A stretch of 64,000 nt of DNA from Octopus vulgaris (taxonomy: Eukaryota), in contig OX597835.1 in assembly GCA_951406725.2 (NCBI GenBank), positions 47,244,001-47,308,000 on the forward strand, read 5' to 3'. The first letter of the stretch is position 1. Each line of letters starts with the position of its first letter. Positions 12,530 to 26,586 of the stretch are shown here, one piece after another. The notes beneath the pieces were generated by a model, which saw nothing but the letters and a program-made list of their open reading frames with translations, searched no databases and was not told the origin of the DNA. The translations under genes were made by a program, and so were the position numbers.

Positions 12530-12880
12530 CTGCAATAAAAGAGTGAAAGAGGCTGGAGAATGGTTAAGGAGGCATGATTCCATAGAGACTGATAATTAAG
12601 AACTAATTGGAGTTAGTTTAAAATGATTGACTAAGAACATCTGAGACAGAGAAAGTATAAAATATGGGTTTCATATATTGGCACAAGGCCAGCAATTTAA
12701 GGGGAAGGGATAAGTTGATTACAACCCAGTGTATGACTGGTACTTATTTTATTGATCCCAGAAGGATGAAAGGCGAAGTCAACCTTGGAAGAATTTAAAC
12801 TGAGAATGTAAAATCGAATGAAATGTTGCTAAGCATTTTGTTGCCTTATGGGAAATAAGATACTGACTAAAGAATGACAA

Positions 12881-13203
12881 GGATTGATGAGAGATAAACG
12901 ACTGGCAGAGAACATCTGAGATTGATGGGAGATAAATGACTGGGCAGAGAACAGCTGAGATTGATGGGAGATAAATGACTGGCAGAGAATAGCTGAGATT
13001 GATGGGAGATAAATGACTGGCAGAGAACATCTGAGATTGATGGGAGATAAATGACTGGCAGAGAACAGCTGAGATTGATGAGAGATAAATGACTGGCAGA
13101 GAACATCTGAGATTGATGGGAGATAAATGACTGGCAGAGAACATCTGAGATTGATGGGAGATAAACGACTGGCAGAGAACAGCTGAGATTGATGGGAGAT
13201 AAA
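12881..13203. repeat. 38-bp minisatellite, ~8 units
   Basis: gagattgatgggagataaatgactggcagagaacatct. Degenerate copies continue to ~13760. Confidence 0.92.
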
Positions 13204-15026
13204 AGGTTGAGAGAAAATATTGGATATTGACAGAGAGAAAGATTGACAAAGAATGTTTAAGTTTAATGGGGATTAATAGTGATTTATGGAAGATGAAAGA
13301 TGTTGTGGAGTGAACTGACACCCCCACACGTGACTGCCAGTGGACTGGATGAGTCTATAAATTGATGAGTCAGCAGAGAGTTGAGGTCGAACTGTGAGTC
13401 TCGTTATTGATTTTGCGTTGGAGCGTGAATGGTTATAAGGAGACAACCAATTCTTGTTACATTGCTTATGGTTACACTTGGTACTCTGATATAGTGTTAC
13501 ACACACACACACACATCTTATATCGTCACTGACGATATAACAAAAGAGTATAGAGAATGTCTGAGATTGATGAAAAATAAGAAGACTGGATGAGATAATC
13601 TGAGAGTCAGGGGATATAAAAGTAGAATACTAAAGATTTATTGAGATTATCTGCAATTAATGGGAAATAGAATATTTACAAAGAATATCTGAGACTGAGG
13701 GGAGATAAAAAGATTAACAGAAATTATCTGAGACTGATGGGTGATAAAAGGATTAACATAGAATGAAATGAAATACAGGTTTCAAATTGTGGCACAAGGC
13801 CAGCAATTTCGGGAAAGGGGATAAGTCGATAACATCACCTCCAGAGTGTAACTGGTACTTAATCCGCCCAGAGACAGAGAAAGACAGAGCGAACAGATTA
13901 AGGGAGTGAACTCTAGCCAACCACAATAATCCAAGGGAATTAACTCATACAGTGTTAAAATATGAAATAATAAAATAATTAAGACGGGAGACCAAAATGA
14001 CCCGAAATCAAAATTCTTGGCAATAAATAAAATAAAATAAAATAAAATACGATAAAATACTGTAAAACAATATAAGGTTTGTTTGAGAGAAGGAAGACCA
14101 GAAACAGGGTTGTTAAAAACCCCTTGAAAGGAACAGAGACAAAGGTCTGAATTTGCTGACACTTTGCAAAGCACAGTAAATACCAGGGGTCAGATAATTG
14201 CGGTTGTTGTTGTTGCTGCTGTTGTAGTTTATCCCTGAATCATATTTGATTCAACAAATTTATGATAAAAGATTTTCCAGTCATGACTAATCCATCTTTG
14301 TTATTCTTCTTCTTTTTTTTATAGAGTATTGAATAACAAGAACTATAACATTCAATAAATTCTTCTTTTTTTGAAGATGGCAGGATGTGTAATTTGAGGG
14401 AGATTTAACTGCTATTTCCAACAGGTTAAGCGACCACATAGAAGCATTCGCATTGGATCATTGTGGGTGTTGTTGTTGTTGTTGTTTATAACTTTAGGCA
14501 ATTCTGATCAAACCGACCTCTGTTCAAAGATATTCCAAACACCATCCTGTCTGAGAACAACATCATCCAATGTGACCTTCCATTTTTTGAGATAGTAGGG
14601 TGTAATTTGAGGGTGATTTGGCTGCTATTTCTAGATCTAACAACCACATACTGGACTTTCCCACAAGTCAGTTGTATATTGTGGGACTCGACAGGGAAAA
14701 TGAGTTGGGGGTGAAGATGTAAAATATTGGTCCCAAATTTTGGCACAAGGCCAGCAGTTTTAGGGGAGAAGTAAGTTGGTTACATTGACCCCCCCTCCTG
14801 TATTCAGCAGGTATTTACTCTATCGACCCCAAAGGGATGAAAGGCAATGTCAACCTCGGCAGAATTTGAACTCAGAATGTGACGACAGACGAAAGGCCAC
14901 TCAGTATTTCGTCCAGCACTCTGATAATTCTGCTAGTTTGCTGCCTTAAATGATGTAAAAATGTACCTCAAAGGGTTGTGGAGTGTTGCAGGATGTGATG
15001 GAGAATGCTAGATACAATATACCTAC

Positions 15027-15142
15027 CATCCAAATGGGGAAATCTGATGTCTTTTGTGAATCCACTGGACATTTCCCCTTCACTTTGGCAACGAATGGAC
15101 CAAACCGGCTTCGGCAAGGAACGGTTTCTTTTGCCCACACTC
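15027..15142 (-). CDS. PRDM4: PRDM4-like exon: N-terminal half of PR/SET domain
   Basis: tag|GA GTG TGG ... TGG ATG|gtaggt, 116 nt, phase 1-0. Encodes GVWAKETVPCRSRFGPF. Confidence 0.92.
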
Positions 15143-16261
15143 CTACAAAAGAACAGAACAATAAAAATAATGTAGCAAGCAAGTTGTAAATGGCGGTAAT
15201 ATGATGTGATGGTCATGTTGGCCGAATAGGCATAATTATTAGTTTCCCATTGGTTAAAATTACTGCCCATATTTGAATTCTAAACTTCGACAAAGAGAAA
15301 TCTTTCTCAAAATTCAGTTCTTAGAATTCAGGTATGAGAAGTTATAAAAACCCTGATTTTGGGGAGATTAATCAGTGTATTTTGGTTGTCACTCGACTCC
15401 ACAACACTCACTCTCAGTGATCGTTGGTTGTCACTCATCTCCACGACGCCCACTCCTTTGAGATATTGGCTATTTTTATGCCAAGTCTATTACTTAAATC
15501 CAACAAGACTTATTTGAAATGTTGTGCAAAACTCTAGCAGTTTAGTATGAAAGAATTAGCTGGAATAAATTGCCTGTCATAACACACTACGACAAATTGC
15601 TTTACTTCTAAATGTACTCATCATCTTCATCATACATAAATAAACTAATGCTGTAAATATTTTCTCTTTCTTCACTTTTTTCAACTTGTTAATGAAATTT
15701 ATTTCTGCAACTCTGAAACTGTTTTTTATAGCAGTGAAAAAGAACACGAACTTATCTTCAACATACATGCACATTCAACATGTCCATTAAGCGTCTTGAT
15801 ATATGTATATATATATATATATAATAACAGCGTTTATGTAGCTTGAGTTTAGATTTACATAGAGTGATAATACTTATAATTAAGTTATAAGTGATGGGTT
15901 TTACAATATAGGTTCTTACTCAAGAAACAAAATATATTTATTATCTATTCCAAGTCAAAACCATATAAATAAGATAAAATACCATTATAAAAGAAGTGGT
16001 ACCCAATTACCATAATAATAATAATAATAATCCTTTCTGCTATAGGCGCAAGATGTGAAATCTGGGGAAGGGGGATAGTCGATTACATTAACCCCGAATA
16101 CTCAGCTGGTACTTATTTTATTGACCCCAAAAGGATGAAAAGCAAAGTCCACCTTGGTGAAATTTAGACTCAGAATATAAAGATGGACAAAATGCCACTA
16201 AGCATTTAGTGAATCATATAAATGCACGAGTGTTTGTGTGTGTGTGTGTGTTTGTGTGTGT

Positions 16262-16445
16262 GGAGACTAGAGAGAAATGAAGCTAGTGTGCTCTGCTGGA
16301 TGTGCAATATCAGTGTACATGTGCAACAAGGAAGACTCCACTGGTTTGGTCATGTGGTGCATATGGATGTAGACAGTTGCATACAGAAGTGCGTATCATT
16401 TCAAGTGGAGGACGGTGACCCAGGAAGACATGGGACAAAGTACTG
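16262..16445 (+). mobile_element. decayed RTE LINE fragment
   Basis: LERNEASVLCWMCNISVH..RLHWFGHVVHMD. Confidence 0.75.
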
Positions 16446-17012
16446 AAGGAGAGGGATAACACACGCTTGTTAGTTCACAGCTGGGACCCTAACAGGTGGT
16501 ACTACTCTGGGTAGATCTGGGAATATATACGCATACATACATACATGTGTGTGTATACACATACATACATACATGTGTGAGTGTGTGAATGAAGACTCAT
16601 AGCTCAATGGTCAGGTGTATTGCACTCAAAATCGTTAGATCGTGGGTTTGATTCCCAGGCCAAGTGGCAGATAGTGTTCTTGAGCCAAACTCTTAATTTC
16701 ATATTGCTCCAGTTGAGGGGAACGTTAGCCTGCTCACCCAGCCCGTGAGCTGACAACATTCAAAAGCTAAAACAATGCAGAGCATGTGTTGTGACCAGCA
16801 ATGTGTAACAACATTCAACAGTCTGGTTGAGATATATATATATCATCATCATCATCATCATCATCGTTTAACGTCCGTTCTCCATGCTAGCATGGGTTGG
16901 ACGGTTCGACCGGGGATCTGGGAAGCCAGAAGGCTGCACCAGGCTCTAGTCTGTTCTGGCAAGGTTTCTACAGCTGGATGCCCTTCCTAACGCCAACCAC
17001 TCCGTGAGTGTA

Positions 17013-17049
<37 letters not shown>

Positions 17050-17070
17050 CCTCTCACATACATACATATA

Positions 17071-17105
<35 letters not shown>

Positions 17106-17268
17106 AATTGAGATAAAGGGTTGTAAATGCAACCCTCCATGGGATAACATATATCCAATATACTGCTAGTGAAGTACCCAACAAAGTTAATACATAAATG
17201 TTAAGGATTGCAATGCAATCAATTCATATATATATATATATATAATTATATATATATATATATATATA

Positions 17269-17333
<65 letters not shown>

Positions 17334-17654
17334 TACGTATACATACATACTTACATGTATACGTATATACATATGCATATGTGGGCACAGGACGTGACAA
17401 ACGTAAACAACCAAATATACGAAGTACGAGGACATAGCAGCCCTTATTCCATGTCCTCGCACATATATACCTACAAACACACACACACACACACACACAT
17501 AGATACATAGAGTATCTTTCTGTCACTTGTGAAGGGAAGGCCAAGCCTATCACTTCTTCTATGGCCAACCAAGATGGGAGGGAGGAAATTATTCTCAAAG
17601 CAGAGATTTGTCCTGATTTCTTGAACAAGAGAGTTGATCTCTGCAAATGGTACA

Positions 17655-20290
17655 CGCAAGGGGCCGGTGGATGGTGATGAACCATGTAACAGATTAACTT
17701 AAAGAAGAGCTGATCTCTAACTGTGGAAGAGGTAGGCCCAGGAAGACATGGGGCAAGGAAGTGGAACATGATCTTTGGATGTTGTGTGTCAAGGAGGCCA
17801 TGACAAGGGACAGAGACTTTTGGCGATTTGCAGTGCTTGAGAAGAGACTTCAGGCTGGGGTGAAATCATGGTCATGCCCAGTGCCAGTGACACATGAAAG
17901 GCACCCGTGCCAGTGACAAATGAGGCACCTATGCTGGTGACACATGAAAGGCACCCGTGCCAGTGACAAATGAGGCACCAATGCTGGTGACACATAAAAG
18001 GCACCTGAGCCAGTGACAAATGAGGCACCAATGCTGGTGACACATAAAAGGCACCCGTGCCACATGAGGCACCAATGCTGGTGACACATAAAAGGCACCC
18101 GTGCCAGTGACAAATGAGGCACCAATGCTGGTGACACATAAAAGGCACCCGTGCCAGTGACAAATGAGGCACCAATGCTGGTGACACATAAAAGGCACCC
18201 GAGCCAGTGACAAATGAGGCACCAATGCTGGTGACACATAAAAGGCACCTGAGCCAGTGACAAATGAGGCACCAATGCTGGTGACACATAAAAGGCACCC
18301 GTGCCAGTGACAAATGAGGCACCAATGCTGGTGACACATAAAAGTGCACCCGTGCCAGTGACAAATGAGGCACCAATGCTGGTGACACATAAAAGGCACC
18401 TGAGCCAGTGACAAATGAGGCACCAATGCTGGTGACACATAAAAGGCACCCGTGCCAGTGACAAATGAGGCACCAATGCTGGTGACACATAAAAGGCACC
18501 CCTGCCAGTGACAAATGAGGCACCAATGCTGGTGACACATAAAAGGCACCTGAGCCAGTGACAAATGAGGCACCAATGCTGGTGACACATAAAAGGCACC
18601 CATGCCAGTGACAAATGAGGCACCAATGCTGGTGACACATAAAAGGCACCCGTGCCAGTGACAAATGAGGCACCAATGCTGGTGACACATAAAAGGCACT
18701 GAGCCTGACAAAGAGGCACCAATGCTGGTGACACATAAAAGGCACCTCCCAGTGCCCACCCCTGAGGCACCAATGCTGGTGACACATAAAAGGCACCCGT
18801 GCCAGTGACAAATGAGGCACCAATGCTGGTGACACATAAAAGGCACCCGTGCCAGTGACAAATGAGGCACCAATGCTGGTGACACATAAAAGGCACCTGA
18901 GCCAGTGACAAATGAGGCACCAATGCTGGTGACACATAAAAGGCACCCGTGCCAGTGACAAATGAGGCACCAATGCTGGTGACACATAAAAGGCACCCGT
19001 GCCAGTGACACATGAGGCACCTATGCTGGTGACACATAAAAGGCACCCGTGCCAGTGACACATGAGGCACCTATGCTGGTGACACCCCCCCATAAAAGGC
19101 ACCATCCAACACCCGTGCCAGTGACACATGAGGCACCAATGCTGGTGACACATAAAAGGCACCCGTGCCAGTGACACTGAGGCACCAATGCTGGTGACAC
19201 ATAAAAGGCACCCGTGCCAGTGACAACATGAGGCACCAATGCTGGTGACACATAAAAGGCACCCGTGCCAGTGACAAATGAGGCACCAATGCTGGTGACA
19301 CATAAAAGGCACCCGTGCCAGTGACATGATGAGGCACCAATGCTGGTGACACATAAAAGGCACCCGTGCCAGTGACAATATGAGGCACCAATGCTGGTGA
19401 CATATAAAAGGCACCCGTGCCAGTGACAAATGAGGCACCAATGCTGGTGACACATAAAAGGCACCCGTGCCAGTGACAATGAGGCACCAATGCTGGTGAC
19501 ACATAAAAGGCACCCGTGCCAGTGACAAATGAGGCACCAATGCTGGTGACACATAAAAGGCACCCGTGCCAGTGACACATGAGGCACCAATGCTGGTGAC
19601 ACATATATGACACATAGGCAAACACACATAGCCAGTGACACATGAGGCACCAATGCTGGTGACACATAAAAGGCACCCGTGCCAGTGACACATGAGGCAC
19701 CAATGCTGGTGACACATAAAAGGCACCCGTGCCAGTGACACATGAGGCACCAATGCTGGTGACACATAAAAGGCACAAGGGGCCGTGACAGTGATGAACC
19801 ATGTAACAGATTAACTTAAAGAAGAGCTGATCTCTAACTGTGGAAGAGGTAGGCCCAGGAAGACATGGGACAAGGAAGTGGAACATGATCTTTGGATGTT
19901 GTGTCTCAAGGAGGCCATGACAAGGGACAGAGACTTTTGGCGATTTGCAGTGCTTGAGAAGAGACTTCAGGCTGGGGTGAAATCATGGTCATGCCCAGTG
20001 CCAGTGACACATAAAAGGCACCCGTGCCAGTGACAAATGAGGCACCTATGCTGGTGACACATAAAAGGCACCTGAGCCAGTGACACATGAGGCACCCATA
20101 CTGGAGAGATGTGAAAGGCACCAAGAACACTCTGTGGAGTGGTTGGCATTAGGAAGGGCATTCACCCGTGGAAATCAAATGAAAACAGATGTGGGGAGCC
20201 TGGTGCAGCTCTTTGGTTTACCAGTGCCAGGGAAACCGTCGAACTCATGCCAGCATGGAAAACGGATGCTAAATGATGATGATGATGATC
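17655..20290 (+). mobile_element. RTE LINE 3' end, partly duplicated, with minisatellite inside its 3'UTR
   Basis: RGRPRKTW..VEHDL..MTRDRDFWRFAVLEK at ~17725-17850 and again at ~19840-19965. The family 3'UTR and (GAT)n tail follow at 20130-20290. Confidence 0.8.
17881..19776. repeat. 50-bp minisatellite (two related ~25-bp subunits), ~38 units
   Basis: Unit gtgccagtgacaaatgaggcaccaatgctggtgacacataaaaggcaccc, near-identical copies. Confidence 0.95.
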
Positions 20291-20548
20291 ATCATCATCA
20301 TCATCCTCATCCTCATCATCATCATCGTCATCATCATCCTCATCATCATCGTCATCATTATCCAAGTAAGCTACAACAAGATTTGATCTCAAAACACAAG
20401 GAAACAGAGCAAATGCTACAAGGATCTCTTCCAGTTCTAAGGGACAGGAAAAAAGCAAGGGGAGAGATCAAGAAAGGAGGAGAAGTGAAAGGTAGAATAA
20501 TGGGTGGGGGGGCAGGAGGAGGGAGTAAGCAAATGGGAAACAACTAAC

Positions 20549-20764
20549 CCAGAGTGTCTGTGTAACCATGAGCTGAGGTAGTTTTCAGGTAAAGAAGGGA
20601 AGGTGTTGAGAGACGAGCACGAGAAGGGATCGGGGTATCGGGAATATCACAGTAATTCGTGTTGTGGATCTGACATGGAGCATTGCTGCTGCCGCTGCTG
20701 CTGCTGCTGCTGCCATTGCTACTGGTGTTGTTGTTGTTGCTGTTGTAGTTGCATTCTAGGCAAA
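20549..20764 (-). CDS. PRDM4: PRDM4-like exon: PR zinc knuckle with expanded spacer, and pre-SET segment
   Basis: Not in the ORF track. ttccag|TT TGC CTA GAA TGC ... CTG G|gttagt, 216 nt, phase 1-1. FCLEC...CQIH...IPDTPIPSRARLSTP resembles PRDM4 WCTLC..CPEH..VPDTPIESRARLSLP. An alternative donor lies 18 nt upstream in the same phase. Confidence 0.88.
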
Positions 20765-20821
20765 CTGGAAAAGAGAGAAAAAGAAATGGGGTACTTTAAG
20801 CAATACTTAAAACCAGTGACA

Positions 20822-20854
<33 letters not shown>

Positions 20855-21977
20855 TATCATCCTCATCCTCATCATCCTCATCATCATCATAACCATCATA
20901 CTCATGAGCATCTCCATAATTATCACCGACATCATATAAGCCAGCTATAAACCAAGAAATACACCAGCCAAGAAGAGGGCTTCTACATTGTCACTTAACA
21001 TGCTAGAAATAACAGCTAAATCTCACTCAGATTACAGATACACCACACATACATACAATATCATCATCATCATCATTGTTTTGCGTATACTTTCCCATGC
21101 AAGAGTCAGAATGTGCTCACAGTTTTTCCATAGCCAGATACATTTTGTGTTGCCAACCCTTACTTATTTCTAAGCAGAGTAGAAATATTTCCCAAGGACC
21201 GGACTAGAAATGAATGACAATGTTTGTATGATATTAACAAAGGGCCATCACAGCAGCATTACAAGCCCCTGAGTAAACCAAATGTACTTGGACCAATAGT
21301 ATTTATTAACAGCAATCCACAGCATACACAGATCAGAACTGGGAACCCTAGACACACGAGGGCATTGGGCAGACCAATATACACTGGACTCTATAGTATT
21401 TATTCGTTGACTGCAAGCCACAACATACATAGGTCAGAATTGGGCCCCTAGATCTATGCAGGGCCAGTTCTAAGCCAATTAAACAGATTTGTTCAAATTG
21501 GGCCCAACACCGAGAGAGGACCCTGTGCACACAATCAAGTGAAGGGTGCTATGATGAATTTTTAGTATATCATTGGGGTTAATGGTAGAGCCTCAAGCCC
21601 TCAATGCATTTTGGCTGGGATTGGTGTACTAAACGAAGCATAAAACATCAATGTAGCTTTTGTAGAGTAGAGGGCCCCACTGACAATTCCCTAATTGGGT
21701 CACACTCTTCCTAGCGCCGGCCCTGAATCCATGGGGCCCTTGGGCAACTGCTAGCAACTACTGCATGATGTCAACACACACATACACATATACAATGGGC
21801 TTCTTTTAGTTTCCACCAATGAAATCCACCCTCAAGGCTTTGGTCAGGCTGGGACTAAAGTAGAAAACATAGAAGATATTTGTCCAAGGAACCAGTAAGT
21901 AGGACTGAACCTGAAACCACATGGTTGAGAAACAAACTGCTTAACCACAAGGCCATGTCTACCTCTATATCTCACCT

Positions 21978-22207
21978 TTAATCCTTTCGTTACCACATTT
22001 CTGTTAATGAAGGCCGCCTTTATTTTAATTAATCTTTAAAATAATGAAGAATTTAGTAAAATAACTTTCTAATTATTAAGCTGTGGTCGGGAACAATTTC
22101 ACAGAAGAATTTTGATGGAAGATTACAATTGAAACCATTTTAAAACAGTAAGTTTATGTTATAAGAACTTGGGGTGGTCACAAGTGGGTTGGCATCAAAA
22201 GGGTTAA
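21978..22207. mobile_element. piggyBac-like MITE
   Basis: TTAA tcctttcgttacc ... ggcatcaaaaggg TTAA. Confidence 0.45.
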
Positions 22208-22359
22208 AAAACAGGACATGTAGAATAAAGTGGTTCTAAGTTCTAAGTTCCCAACATACAGAATGGTCATGGCTGGAACGCCTTTGATCAAGACAGGCCC
22301 TGGGCTAAATAAACAAGAACAAGGAAAACGTCAAGGTTTAACCTAAAAAGTTTGCTTAC

Positions 22360-22566
22360 AGTTGTCGAAAGACATTTGGTTGTAGGGTTTAGTAGTAAAT
22401 GTAGCCATGTCCTCCCCCAGTTGACAGCTGGTACCAGACATCACCATCGCACTGCTGCTCTCATCTTTAGCGGCATCAGTTGTTGTTGCGGTAGTTGCTG
22501 CTACTGCACCACTTTGGTGCACTTTGAGAATCATGTCAATCACTGGAATGGAGAAATGGTATTGAT
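22360..22566 (-). CDS. PRDM4: PRDM4-like exon, N-terminal region
   Basis: acag|AT CAA ... AAC T|gtaagc, 207 nt, phase 1-1, open frame DQYHFSIPVIDMILKVHQ...FDN, in phase with both neighbours. Confidence 0.78.
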
Positions 22567-22589
22567 CTGTTAGGAAGGAATGTAGTAGA

Positions 22590-23235
22590 GGGGTGTATGG
22601 CAGTGGTGGTGGGTGGTGGTGGTGGTTGGTGGTGGTTGTTGGTGTATGGTGGTGGTGGTGGTGGTGGTGGTGGTGGTGGTGGTTGGTGGTGGTGGTGGTG
22701 GTTGGTAGTGGTGGTTGGTGGTTGGTGGTGGTGGTGGTGGTGGTGTTGGATGGTGGTTGGTGGTGGTGGTGGTGTTGGATGGTGGTTGGTGGTGGTGGTG
22801 GTGTGGTGGTGGTGGTGGGTGGTGGTGGTGGTGGTGGTGGTGGTGGTGGTGTTGGATGGTGGTTGGTGGTGGTGGTGGTGTTGGATGGTGGTTGGTGGTG
22901 GTGGTGGTGGTGGTGGTGTTGGATGGATGGTGGTGGTGGTGTTGGATGGTGGTTGGTGGTGGTGGTGGTTGGTGTATGGCAGTGGTGGTGGTGTTGGATG
23001 GTGGTTGGTGTTGGATGGTGGTTGATGGTGGTGGTGGTGGTGTTGGATGGTGGTGGTGTTGGATGGTGGTTGGTGGTGGTGGTGGTTGGTGTATGGCAGT
23101 GGTGGTGGTAGTGGTGGTGGTTGGTGTATGGTAGTGGTGGTGGTGTTGGATGGTGGTTGGTGGTGGTGGTGGTTGGTGGTGGTTGGTGATTGGTGGTGTT
23201 GGATGGTGGTGGTGGTGTTTGGTGTATGGTGGTAG
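22590..23235. repeat. (GGT)n-rich low-complexity tract
   Basis: ~640 bp of ggt/tgg repeats starting about 25 nt upstream of the 22566 acceptor. Confidence 0.95.
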
Positions 23236-24313
23236 GAAGCAAACTCCATCCATTCATCAATTTCAAGTTTTGGCACAAGGCCAGCAATTTCAGTGGCGGG
23301 GGGGGGGGCTAAATCAATTACATTGACCTCCCCCCCCAGTGTCCATCTGGTACTTATTTTATCGACCCTGAAAGGATGAAAGGCAAGGGCAACTTCAGTG
23401 GGATTTGAACTCAGCACATGAAGATGGATGCAATACCACTAAGCACTTCAACCAGCATACAAACGGTTCTGCTAGCTTACAATGGAGACAAAGGTCAAAA
23501 TATCATATTTTTTGGCACAAACAAGTCAATGTAATAAATAATGTGTGGAGTAAACATTCAGACATTGGTCATTGTTGTTACAAATTCTGCTGCTTTTCAA
23601 ATGGAATTTTGCCCCACCATTGTCGTCTGGGTCCATAAGGTCAACCTAGCTTTGTTTGGCTGTGAATTTTGGTCGGAAAAATTTGACTGGTATGGCCAAA
23701 AACTGTGTTTGGATGGCCAGGATTGGATCCCACAACTTTAGATTATGAACCAGCCCAGTCTTATACTGGCTGCGTGGGAAGATGTTTGTTCCCCAACCAA
23801 AGGGCTTAGGTTCAGTCCCACTGTGTGGCACCTTGGGTGAGTGTCTTCTAATACAGTCCTGGACTGACCAAAGCCTTGGAATGGATTTGGTAGACAGAAA
23901 CTGTGTGGAAGCACAAAATATGTGTGTGTGTGTGTATGTGTGTGTGTGTGTATGTCTGTGTGTGATTGTGTTTGTGTGTGTATGTGTGTGTGTGTGTGTG
24001 TGTCGGGGATGTGTGTGTCTATCTGTGTGTGTGCCTCTGTGTTTGTGAGTGTGCATGTGTATGTGTGAATGTCTGTGTGTGTCTGTGTGTGTGTGTCTGT
24101 GTATCATATGTATATGTGCATGTCTGTGTGTGCATGTGTCTGTCCACCACTACCACTTGACCACCTGTCCCCCCTTGTTTGTTTCCCCATGACCCACAGT
24201 TTAGCAAATAAGATTGATAGAATAAATCCCAGACTTTAAAGAAAAAACAAAAAACAAAAACAGATAAACAGCAACAACAACCACAACAACTGTGGAAGAC
24301 AAGTTTCCATTAC

Positions 24314-25048
24314 CTGACATGTTGTTGATGTCTAAAAGAGAAGCTGCAGTATTTCCATCACATGACTTGTTGGAAACCATTCCAATAGAATTCAAAGAAT
24401 TGGCTACTTCATCGTTACAGTGTTCTTGGAGTTGTTGGTGTTGCTGATGAAGCGAAGCATCTAAGATTGATTGAAGGTTGGCACCGGATATGGAGGCTGC
24501 AATTTCTGCAGCGGAACCATTTGTTAGTTCAAGGGCTGAACCATTATGTTGCATGATGCAAGGTGCTGCACTCATGGCGGCGGCACTAGATTTCTGGTGT
24601 TCTACATGTTTTTGACTAAATTGGTTAGCAGCCTGCAAAAGCGGAGGCAACTGAGCATCAGGCATGGAAGAGCAAGGAGTGGGGAAGTTATCGTTCTGTG
24701 AGGTGATTCCCATCCCGAGACGAAGGTCGGAGAGGTTGGACAGGTTGGAAGTGACGAGCACTGGATTCTGCAGAGTGTTGTGCATGTTTGTGGTGATGAG
24801 TCTGTTGACGTGGTTTGGGTCACAGCTGGCTTCTTCCATTGACTGGTGACCAGTAGCAGGTGACGGGTAAGATTCCAGAGTTTCTATGGTGGTGGTGTTG
24901 ATGTTGTTGTTGTTATGATGCTGATGGTTATCACAGGACTCTGCCTGAATGCAACTGAGCATGTTTAAGTCCTGAACAGTGGAACAACTCCCAGCTTCCC
25001 TTTGGATGCCAGGTGCCATTACTGATGGAAACGGGATTGGTGTAGGAG
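24314..25048 (-). CDS. PRDM4: PRDM4-like exon, long Q/S/N-rich N-terminal region
   Basis: ttttcag|CT CCT ... TCA G|gtaatg, 735 nt, phase 1-1, same frame as ORF 24201..25019. Confidence 0.82.
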
Positions 25049-25102
25049 CTGAAAATATAGGAAATGCACATTTATATATCAGAATTTAAAGCTTAGATAA
25101 AG

Positions 25103-25136
<34 letters not shown>

Positions 25137-25555
25137 GTTCCAAAATTTAAACAGAAGCAAGAAAGGAACATAGACAGGACAGGACGTTGCTAATTCCTCA
25201 TCAGTTACTGTCCAAAAGATCCTTACAGTTTCACCCCACAATGGTGATATTGTTCACTCTTGGTAGTGTCATCAACGAGAACCTGCTGGGAACACATAGA
25301 AACACATGTTCTTTTATTCTTTTACTTGTCTGAGTCATTTGACTGCAGCCAAGCTGGAGCACCACCATTAGTCAAACAAATCGACTCCAGGACTTATTCT
25401 TTGTAAGCCTAGCACTTATTTTATCGGTTTCTTTTGCCAAACTGCTAAGTGGCAGGCACATAAAGACATCAGCATCGATTGTCAAGCAATGTTGCAGGGA
25501 CAAACACAGACACACACAAATATATACATATATATATAATATATATATGTATGTA

Positions 25556-26270
<715 letters not shown>

Positions 26271-26551
26271 TTAACCACAGCTGCAATTCCCACTGATGTT
26301 GATCGACCTCAATTTGGTTCTGCTTTCTGATATATGAATTGATTTGGTTTGATTTTGATTTTAACTATTCTCACTGGTCTTGCCGGGTTTTCTCACGCAC
26401 AGCATACTTCCAAAGGTCTCGGTCTCTGGTCATTTCCTTAGTGAGACCTAAAGTTCACCAAATTCACATATATAGTATGTGACCGCATGTGTATCGTTGG
26501 CGATTTTTTTAAACTCCGTCTTCCCTTCCTTGGACCCCCTCTTTTTTCTAT

Positions 26552-26586
26552 GTTTCTGACGAAGAGCTCTGCTCGAAACGTTAAAT
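26552..26586 (+). ncRNA. minimal type I hammerhead motif
   Basis: gttt-CTGACGA-A-GAGC tct GCTC-GAAA-CG-TT-aaat, in a pyrimidine-rich repeat (~26470-26690) ending at (TA)n. Confidence 0.7.

Noticed and set aside
12779-13327. 182-aa repetitive ORF in PRDM4 orientation
   Set aside because: Translation of the 38-bp minisatellite. The flanking SET exons join in phase without it.
17789-19886. Long Cys/His-rich ORFs (up to 658 aa) and a CRISPR-like look
   Set aside because: These are translations of the 50-bp minisatellite. There are no unique spacers or cas genes, and the context is eukaryotic.
22570-23417. Pro/Thr/His-rich and Gly/Val/Trp-rich ORFs
   Set aside because: Products of the (GGT)n tract. 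Only 22360-22566 has splice signals and coding-like content.
25170-25215. CTGATGA-GGA..TCC on the minus strand as a hammerhead
   Set aside because: Lacks the GAAA and stem III half of the core.
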